A stretch of 64,000 bases of DNA from Ilumatobacteraceae bacterium (GTDB taxonomy: Bacteria; Actinomycetota; Acidimicrobiia; Acidimicrobiales; Ilumatobacteraceae), in assembly GCA_016463775.1 (NCBI GenBank), contig JAEMQQ010000001.1, positions 8,070 to 72,069 on the forward strand. The letters are read 5' to 3'. The notes below the pieces were generated by a model, which was given only the letters and a program-made list of their open reading frames with translations, had not been told where the DNA came from and did not search any database. Of the stretch, positions 57,428 through 64,000 are shown one piece after another; position 1 is the first letter of the stretch; each line of letters begins with the position of its first letter. Position numbers and translations under genes: made by a program.

Positions 57428-59707
57428 GTGACTGAGCGCGCGCTAGAACGACTTGCCTGGCTGAGTCTGTTTGTCGGTCTCGTCGGATCGATCCTGCACA
57501 TCATCGCGGGCACGGGTGGGGTGGGGTCGTTCATCTATGCCTTGGCCATCGCCGGGGTAATCACTTCTACGGTCGTGTCGGCGCTCAAGAATCAACTTGA
57601 CCGGCGTATCCTTGTCGGATTTTTGTTGATCACCGTGGCCATCGTCGTCGGACAGATATTTTCCGCCGCATCGCGCAGCGCAGCCCAACATCTGGTGGCA
57701 GAGATCGCTTTTTTTGTCGTGCAGTCGACCCTCGTCGGCGGGCTCCTGCTCGTTGCCCAGCGGCGCATCGGACGCGACCCGTTGAGCATCCTCGCCGATG
57801 CATCCATCTTGTCGCTTGGCGCATGGCTCATCGTCTGGATTGCCATCCTGCAGCCGCTGTTTGACACGAGCAACAACGAGCCCTATCTGGTGACCATCAC
57901 CGGTCTGACATTTGCCTTGTCGGCAGTCGTCTTGTTCTTGCTGGCGACACTGTTGTTCGGTGACTCAGAAAATAGCGCCGTGGTGTGGTTGGCAACTTGT
58001 GCGATATTGGCGTCGCTGTGTGGCGATGCATTGTGGGCCCTGCACGATGCCGAAGTCGCCGAGCTCTCACTTGCACTGCGCAATGCACCGTACGTGCTCG
58101 CGCTCTTTGCCGCGTCGGCAACCCTGCTGCACCCGGGTATCCGACACCTCACCGCCCAGGGTTCGTACCAGGCTGCACGCCCGATCGCCGGACGACTCGT
58201 CGTCGTGATCTCTGGCCTCGTCGTGCCGATCGCCATCTTTGCCCTGACCGATGCCCAAGACACCCGCGATCGTGTCGTGCGGACCATTTCCGTGCTGGTG
58301 CTGGCCGGGGTGGTCTTGCTGCGTGTGGTGATGGCGGTGCGTGCCAACGCCGACCTGCAGGCCCAGCTGATTCAACGGGCGCAGACCGACGCACTCACGG
58401 GTTTGCCCAACCGCAGCCTGATGCTCGAGCACGTCGACACGGCCCTGCGAACGGCGTGGCGCGACGGTCGCCAGCCCACGATTCTTTTCATTGATGTCGA
58501 CCGTTTCAAAAATATCAACGACAGTCTCGGGCATGCTGCCGGTGATGATGTGCTCATCGCAGTAGCCACCCGCCTGCGCACGATTCTTTCGACACGTTGC
58601 GTGGTCGGCCGTATTGCGGGTGACGAGTTCGTGGTGCTCGACCCACAAACGAGCGGCCCCGCCGAGGCAATGATGCTGGCCGATCGCGTGCTCGAGTCGT
58701 TCCACGAGCCGCTTGCGTTGCGCCAAGGAGACGTCTTTGTATCAGCGAGCATCGGCGTGTCGACGTACCGCCCGTCGGTCACCAACAGTGCCGACGACCT
58801 GCTGCGCCATGCCGACACCGCCATGTACCGCGCCAAGGAATCAGGTCGAAATTGTGTGGCCATCTTCGACGAGTCGATGCTGGCCAGCGTCACCCAGCGA
58901 CTCGCCGTCGAAACCGCCCTGTACCGCGCACTAGAGCGCCGCGAACTGCGGCTCGTGCATCAGCCGATCATCGATGTCGGTCTCGGCGAAGTCATCGGGT
59001 TCGAAGCACTCATGCGCTGGGATCGCGACGACGGCTCGTCTATTTCGCCTGCCGAGTTCATCCCAATTGCCGAGGAAACCGGCACGATCGTGCCGATCGG
59101 CGCCTGGGCGCTGCTCGAAGCACTCACCCATCTGAGCGAATGGATTGCCGGGGGTGTCTGCCCGCGTGATGCAACGATGTCGGTGAACGTCTCCCCACGA
59201 CAACTCAGTGATCCGAATTTCGTCAACGTGGTGAGTGAGGCGTTGATTCGCGCCCACATACCGGCCCGCCAGTTGTGGCTGGAAGTCACCGAGGGCGTGA
59301 TGATCGCCCAGCCCGACCAGGCCCTCGATGCACTCACCAAGTTGTGCGACCTCGGTGTGCGCGTTGCCATCGACGACTTCGGCACGGGCTACTCATCACT
59401 TTCGTTGCTGCAGAAGTTTCCGATTCATTGTTTGAAGATCGACCGCTCGTTCATCAGTGGTGTGGCCGACAACGCCGACGCCCGTTCACTCGTGCGCACG
59501 ATCATCGCCATGTGCGAGTCGATGGGCCTCGACATGGTCGCCGAAGGCGTCGAGAGTGTGCGTCAACTACAGGTGCTCGGCGAGATGCGCTGTGCAAAAG
59601 CACAGGGGTATCTCATCAGCCACCCGGTGCCGCCTGAATCGATCGCCAGCACCGTTGCAACGATCAACGATCTGGGCCCGTGGCCGCGCACGCGGCGCCC
59701 TGGTTAA
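57428..59707 (+). CDS. membrane-bound GGDEF(AGDEF)-EAL signalling protein with an N-terminal module of about 10 TM segments
   Basis: About 10 hydrophobic segments in residues 1-320. GGDEF domain (DALTGLPNR, FIDVDRFKNINDSLGH, RIAGDEFVVL). EAL domain (GFEALMRW, NVSPRQL, EVTEG, DDFGTGYSSL, LKIDRSF, EGVES, QGY). Confidence 0.88.
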   Translation: MTERALERLAWLSLFVGLVGSILHIIAGTGGVGSFIYALAIAGVITSTVVSALKNQLDRRILVGFLLITVAIVVGQIFSAASRSAAQHLVAEIAFFVVQSTLVGGLLLVAQRRIGRDPLSILADASILSLGAWLIVWIAILQPLFDTSNNEPYLVTITGLTFALSAVVLFLLATLLFGDSENSAVVWLATCAILASLCGDALWALHDAEVAELSLALRNAPYVLALFAASATLLHPGIRHLTAQGSYQAARPIAGRLVVVISGLVVPIAIFALTDAQDTRDRVVRTISVLVLAGVVLLRVVMAVRANADLQAQLIQRAQTDALTGLPNRSLMLEHVDTALRTAWRDGRQPTILFIDVDRFKNINDSLGHAAGDDVLIAVATRLRTILSTRCVVGRIAGDEFVVLDPQTSGPAEAMMLADRVLESFHEPLALRQGDVFVSASIGVSTYRPSVTNSADDLLRHADTAMYRAKESGRNCVAIFDESMLASVTQRLAVETALYRALERRELRLVHQPIIDVGLGEVIGFEALMRWDRDDGSSISPAEFIPIAEETGTIVPIGAWALLEALTHLSEWIAGGVCPRDATMSVNVSPRQLSDPNFVNVVSEALIRAHIPARQLWLEVTEGVMIAQPDQALDALTKLCDLGVRVAIDDFGTGYSSLSLLQKFPIHCLKIDRSFISGVADNADARSLVRTIIAMCESMGLDMVAEGVESVRQLQVLGEMRCAKAQGYLISHPVPPESIASTVATINDLGPWPRTRRPG

Positions 59708-59732
59708 TCGTGTTTCGTTAGCCTGAGTATCG

Positions 59733-60563
59733 ATGCGTGTCGCCAACCTCAACGGCCGCGCATCGTTGATTACCACCGACAATTTGGCGATCGACATCGC
59801 CCAGGCCAGTGGCGGCACACTGCCCCATGACCCGATGCAGATATTCGAACGCTGGACACAGGTTCGCAGCCTGGCGGCCACTGCGCGTGGCGGGGTGCCG
59901 TTTGCTTCGGCCGAGCTCGACGCACCGTCGCCGGCCCCCCGTCAAATCTTTGGCATCGGTCTGAACTACCGCGAACACGCGGTCGAAACCGGCGCACCCA
60001 TTCCCGACACGCCGTTGACGTTCACCAAATTTGCATCAGCCGTGAACAAACCGTTCGGCGACATCATCATCGATGTGCCCACCGCCGATTGGGAGATTGA
60101 ACTCGTGGTGGTCATCGGTGCCGGTGGACGCAACATCCCCGAGTCAGCCGCGTGGGCTGCCGTGGCCGGGCTCTGCGTCGGCCAAGACATCAGCGATCGC
60201 GTGTTGCAACGCGCCACCCAGCCCCCACAATTCAGCCTGGGCAAAAGTCGTGCGGGCTATGCGCCATTCGGGCCGTGGCTGGTCGATGCCGCAAGCGTGA
60301 CGAATCGCAACGCGCTTCCACTTATGTGCACACTCAACGACGAAGTGGTGCAACAGTCGAACAGCAGTGACCTGATTTTCACGATTCCGCAACTCATCGC
60401 GTATCTATCGAGCATCGTTGCGCTTTATCCCGGCGATGTCGTGTTCACGGGCACACCCAGCGGCGTCGGCGGGGCGCGCACACCACCAATGTTCCTGGCG
60501 CCAGGCGATGTGCTGGTTTCAACGATCGACGGAGTTGGTTCAATCACCAACCGTTGCGTTTAG
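59733..60563 (+). CDS. fumarylacetoacetate hydrolase (FAH) family protein
   Basis: FAH-fold motifs GIGLNYREH, E.ELVVVIG, D.S.R..Q, LIF....LIAYLS....L.PGDVVFTGTPSGVG. Confidence 0.82.
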   Translation: MRVANLNGRASLITTDNLAIDIAQASGGTLPHDPMQIFERWTQVRSLAATARGGVPFASAELDAPSPAPRQIFGIGLNYREHAVETGAPIPDTPLTFTKFASAVNKPFGDIIIDVPTADWEIELVVVIGAGGRNIPESAAWAAVAGLCVGQDISDRVLQRATQPPQFSLGKSRAGYAPFGPWLVDAASVTNRNALPLMCTLNDEVVQQSNSSDLIFTIPQLIAYLSSIVALYPGDVVFTGTPSGVGGARTPPMFLAPGDVLVSTIDGVGSITNRCV

Positions 60564-60569
60564 TTGCGT

Positions 60570-61337
60570 TTAGGCGACGGCTGCTTTCAGTTCGGCGACG
60601 AGTGTTGCGAACTCAGCACGTTCGACATCGGTGAGTGCCCGTTCATACACGTTGCTCATCAAGCGGGCAGTCGTGGCTTCGGCGCGCGCCCGCGCTGGTG
60701 CAAGATGCGCCACGTCGGGATACGGCTCCGGATAGCCGTGAATCTTGGCGAAGAAATTGCCGTTCTCACCGGTCAGCACCGCCTCGAGGCCGTTCAAGCC
60801 TTCGGCCACCACCGCGTTGATGTGCAAACAACCGCGCAATTCGCGCAGGTACGTCACCAAACGGTACGTGCGGGCATGCGGGTTGGCCGGCAACGGCTCG
60901 GCGCGCAGACCGGCGAAAAGCGACAAGCCACCGGCATCGACCGAGGCCACCACTTTTTCGGCCAACGCATTGAAGCGGGCAGCCCCAGCGAAACCGGAAA
61001 TGTGGGCGACGCCCCACGCGTCTGCTGCCCCGACGTAACGCGAGCCCGCCTTGCGTGCACCTTCAACCGCGATGCCGCGCTCCCACATCTTGCGCACCAG
61101 CGGCTGATCGAAGAACACGAACGCCGAATAGATGACATCGGCGTCGACATCGCCGAGCACGCCGCCACGACCGGCGAAATAAAACGAGAACGCGTCTGAG
61201 TAGCCGGCCGCCTTGCCGATCTCGGCAGTGGCCGGGTCGAGCATGTATTTGCTGCCGAGGTCGGAAAAAAACGGGCTCAGCGCATCGCACAAAGCAGTTG
61301 GGGTAACGGTGTTGTTCGACGCTGTGTCATTGGCCAT
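60570..61337 (-). CDS. hypothetical protein (255 aa, predicted mostly helical)
   Basis: Start taken as ATG 61337 (MANDTASNN...), because the track extension to 61505 runs across the glycine riboswitch on the other strand. I can assign no motif with confidence. Confidence 0.5.
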   Translation of the reverse strand: MANDTASNNTVTPTALCDALSPFFSDLGSKYMLDPATAEIGKAAGYSDAFSFYFAGRGGVLGDVDADVIYSAFVFFDQPLVRKMWERGIAVEGARKAGSRYVGAADAWGVAHISGFAGAARFNALAEKVVASVDAGGLSLFAGLRAEPLPANPHARTYRLVTYLRELRGCLHINAVVAEGLNGLEAVLTGENGNFFAKIHGYPEPYPDVAHLAPARARAEATTARLMSNVYERALTDVERAEFATLVAELKAAVA

Positions 61338-61407
61338 AGGGCACAGAATAGACCTGCCCATTGCTTCCGTCGTCAGTGGGGTGTGTACTACGCTCAAAGA
61401 GCCATAG

Positions 61408-61590
61408 TTATCTCGGGAGAGTGACCTGCACCGCCAGTGCGTCGTCACACCGAAGGAGCAACCACCCCGGAACCTCTCAGGTACCCGAACCGAGATAATT
61501 GGCAACGCTGGAAAGCGGGGAGACCGACATCTCCTCCACCGACGGGGAAAAGCGGCTCGCCGCTGAAGCTCTCAGGTGCCAAAGACAGCT
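61408..61590 (+). promoter_or_regulatory. tandem glycine riboswitch (two aptamers) in the gcvP leader
   Basis: Aptamer 1 (61408..61498): P1 ttatctcgg/ccgagataa, GGGAGAG, CACCGAAGGAGCAA, CTCTCAGGTA...GAAC. Aptamer 2 (about 61507..61590): CTGGAAAG, GGGGAGA, CACCGACGGGGAAA, CTCTCAGGTGCCAAAGACAG. These match the conserved glycine-riboswitch cores. Confidence 0.88.
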
Positions 61591-61645
61591 GGGGTGCAAG
61601 CGCAGCACTGCGTTGGCATCGACCAGGTCGGCAACCGAGGGATAC

Positions 61646-64000
61646 ATGAACTTCGAATCTCGCCACACCGGCCCCGACGCCCTCGAGCGCGCCGAGATGG
61701 CCCGCCTGCTCGGCTACGCATCCAACAGTGCGCTCGTCGCCGCCGTGGTGCCCACCGAAATTTTGCAGACCGAGCCGCTGGCCTTGGCCCCGGCCGTGAG
61801 TGAAACCGTCGTGCTCGATCAGTTGCGAGCGATCGCTGCGCGCAACACGGTGCGTCGTTGTGTCATCGGTACCGGTTACTACCCCACCGTCACACCACCG
61901 GTCATCTTGCGCAACGTGCTGGAAAACCCCGCGTGGTACACCTCGTACACCCCGTATCAAGCCGAGGTGAGCCAGGGCCGGTTGGAAAGCCTGCTCAATT
62001 TTCAAACGTTGATCGGCGAGCTCACCGGTTTGGACATCGCCAATGCTTCGCTCCTCGACGAATCAACCGCCATTGCCGAAGCAGTCACCATGGCGCGTCG
62101 CACCGCCAAGAGCGAATCGCGAACCGTCGCCCTGCACGACGACACGCACCCCCAACACATCGCGGTGCTGCGCGCCAGATGTGAACCGGTCGGTGTCAAG
62201 GTCGTGGTCGTGCCATTGCATGAACTCGCCACCATCGACGCTTTTTGTGTGGTCGTGTCTCGGCCGTCGTCACGCGGAATCATCGCCGGCGACGCCGAGG
62301 TCACCGCCATCATCGAGGCAACCCACCAGCGCAACGCCGTCGCCGTGTGCGTAACCGACCCGCTCGCCTCCACATTGCTCACCACCCCGGGTGCGCTCGG
62401 GTTTGATATCGCCGTCGGGTCGGCGCAGCGACTCGGTGTACCGATGGGTTACGGCGGGCCACACGCAGCGTTCCTCGCTGCCACCGACACCTTCGCCCGC
62501 TCGCTACCCGGGCGTCTCGTGGGGGTCAGCACCGACACCGCTGGTCGACCTGCATTGCGCTTGGCGCTGCAAACACGCGAACAACACATTCGTCGCGAAA
62601 AGGCCACATCGAACATCTGCACGGCCCAGGCACTGCTGGCCAACATCGCCGGCTTCTACGCCGCTTGGCACGGCCGCGATGGCTTGCAAGCCATTGCTCG
62701 GCGCATCAGTGCTCTCACCCACGCCACGATGTCGGTGTTGCGCGAACACAAGGTTGGCACCATCGCCGACGGTTCGCGATTCGACACGTTGACGATCAGT
62801 GATGTCGATGCCCAGGCGGTGCACTCGCGCGCTTTGTCCCACAACATCGTGATGCGCCACTGTGATGCCCGCACCGTGGGCATCAGTTATGACGAGACGT
62901 CGGATGCCACCCTCGTCGTTGACATCGTCGCCAGTTTCGGTGTCACCGTGACCGTCGACCAAATCGAGGAGCGTGCACTGCAACTGGCCATCGCCGACGA
63001 ACAACTTCGCTCCGACGATTTCCTCGGCCAGGCCGTGTTCCGCCGGTACCGAACCGAAACCGAGATGCTGCGTTACCTGCGCCGCCTCGCCGACAAAGAC
63101 CTCGCCCTTGACCGCACGATGATTCCCCTTGGTTCATGCACGATGAAGCTCAATGCCACAACCGAGATGATCCCGGTGACCTGGCCGGAGTTCGCCAACA
63201 TTCATCCGCATGCGCCCGCCGCCGACACCGCCGGCTATCGCCAACTCATCACCGAACTCGAGCACATGATGTGTGAAGTGACGGGTTACGACGCCGTGAG
63301 CCTGCAACCGAATGCGGGCAGCCAGGGCGAATTCGCCGGCTTGCTGGCGATTCGCGCGTATCACGCCAGCCGTGGTGACACGCAACGCACCATTTGTCTC
63401 ATCCCTGCCAGTGCGCACGGCACCAATGCCGCCAGTGCGGTCATGGCCGGCATGGACGTCGTGGCATTGTCCTGCGATGCGCAGGGCAACGTGGATTTTG
63501 CCGACCTCACCGCCAAGTGCGAAAAAGCCGGCGATCGACTCGCTGCGCTCATGATCACCTATCCGTCAACGCATGGTGTGTTCGAAGAATCGGTCACTGC
63601 AATCTGCGCAAAGGTGCATGCCCATGGGGGCCAGGTCTATGTCGACGGTGCCAACCTCAACGCCCTCGTGGGCGTCGCCAAGCCGGGGCATTTCGGCGCC
63701 GACGTAAGCCACCTCAATCTGCACAAGACGTTCTGCATTCCGCACGGTGGCGGTGGCCCAGGCGTCGGCCCGGTGGCCGTGCGCGCCCACCTCGCTGAAT
63801 TCCTGCCGGGTGACCCGCTCGGTCGCGAACCGCACATCGTCGGACCGGTATCGGGTGCACCATTCGGATCGGCGGGCATTTTGCCGATCTCGTGGGTGTA
63901 CGTGCGGCTGATGGGCCCAGACGGTCTGCGACGCGCCACCGAGCAGGCGATCGTGAGCGCGAACTACGTTTCGTGGCGATTGCGTGAACACTTCCCCACG
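61646..64000 (+). CDS. gcvP: glycine dehydrogenase (decarboxylating), P protein of the glycine cleavage system (N-terminal 785 codons; continues past the window end)
   Basis: Absent from the ORF track (no stop in the window). My translation from ATG 61646 reads MNFESRHTGPDALERAEMARLLGY...GTGYYPTVTPPVILRNVLENPAWYTSYTPYQAEVSQGRLESLLNFQT..., then REKATSNICTAQALLAN, then the PLP site HLNLHKTFCIPHGGGGPG. Confidence 0.93.
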   Translation, partial: MNFESRHTGPDALERAEMARLLGYASNSALVAAVVPTEILQTEPLALAPAVSETVVLDQLRAIAARNTVRRCVIGTGYYPTVTPPVILRNVLENPAWYTSYTPYQAEVSQGRLESLLNFQTLIGELTGLDIANASLLDESTAIAEAVTMARRTAKSESRTVALHDDTHPQHIAVLRARCEPVGVKVVVVPLHELATIDAFCVVVSRPSSRGIIAGDAEVTAIIEATHQRNAVAVCVTDPLASTLLTTPGALGFDIAVGSAQRLGVPMGYGGPHAAFLAATDTFARSLPGRLVGVSTDTAGRPALRLALQTREQHIRREKATSNICTAQALLANIAGFYAAWHGRDGLQAIARRISALTHATMSVLREHKVGTIADGSRFDTLTISDVDAQAVHSRALSHNIVMRHCDARTVGISYDETSDATLVVDIVASFGVTVTVDQIEERALQLAIADEQLRSDDFLGQAVFRRYRTETEMLRYLRRLADKDLALDRTMIPLGSCTMKLNATTEMIPVTWPEFANIHPHAPAADTAGYRQLITELEHMMCEVTGYDAVSLQPNAGSQGEFAGLLAIRAYHASRGDTQRTICLIPASAHGTNAASAVMAGMDVVALSCDAQGNVDFADLTAKCEKAGDRLAALMITYPSTHGVFEESVTAICAKVHAHGGQVYVDGANLNALVGVAKPGHFGADVSHLNLHKTFCIPHGGGGPGVGPVAVRAHLAEFLPGDPLGREPHIVGPVSGAPFGSAGILPISWVYVRLMGPDGLRRATEQAIVSANYVSWRLREHFPT

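Overview
High-GC, very gene-dense core chromosome. Gene content and synteny are actinobacterial: pdtaR-polA-rpsA-coaE-uvrB, phoH-ybeY-corC...era...recO...uppS, an F420/LLM-type oxidoreductase and the classical menaquinone pathway. A streamlined lineage such as Acidimicrobiia is only a guess. I call about 60 CDS, two tRNA-Leu genes and one tandem glycine riboswitch. All protein calls rest on motifs I recognise by eye in the supplied translations or in my own translations; no searches were run.

From left to right the window holds:
- pyk (partial), tRNA-Leu(GAG) and secG
- a five-gene peptide-type ABC importer
- a 12-gene co-directional minus-strand block: tpiA-pgk-gap-rapZ-uvrC-uvrA-uvrB-coaE-rpsA-polA-pdtaR plus a small ORF
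- tRNA-Leu(CAA)
- a FAS-II operon (fabD-fabH-fabG-acpP-fabF)
- a second minus-strand string: fabZ-bcp-trpA-trpB-trpF-trpC-glyQS-recO plus a UPPS-like gene
- uppS-dinG
- a divergent MtrA/MtrB-like two-component pair with a GerMN lipoprotein
- era, then a MaoC / LLM / acyl-CoA dehydrogenase group
- a menaquinone cluster (menG, menF, menD, DsbA-like, menH, menA, menE) with a coupled MFS transporter
- SDR, corC-ybeY-phoH, a multi-TM AGDEF-EAL protein, an FAH-family protein, and riboswitch-controlled gcvP (partial)

I see no transposases, integrases, CRISPR arrays, toxin-antitoxin or recognisable defence genes. This is an ordinary housekeeping region, not an accessory island.

The leads most worth follow-up are:
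1. A head-to-head pair of cis-prenyltransferase genes. The catalytically intact copy lacks the C-terminal RXG tail, and a catalytically degenerate copy keeps it. This looks like a candidate bacterial DHDDS/NgBR-style heteromeric enzyme.
2. A FabD fused to a lysine-less biotinyl/lipoyl-type domain.
3. A cytoplasmic FrnE/DsbA-like CPWC protein translationally coupled to menH inside the menaquinone cluster.
4. Synteny oddities: uvrB-uvrA-uvrC are contiguous, yvcK/whiA are missing after rapZ, and a dedicated trpF is present.
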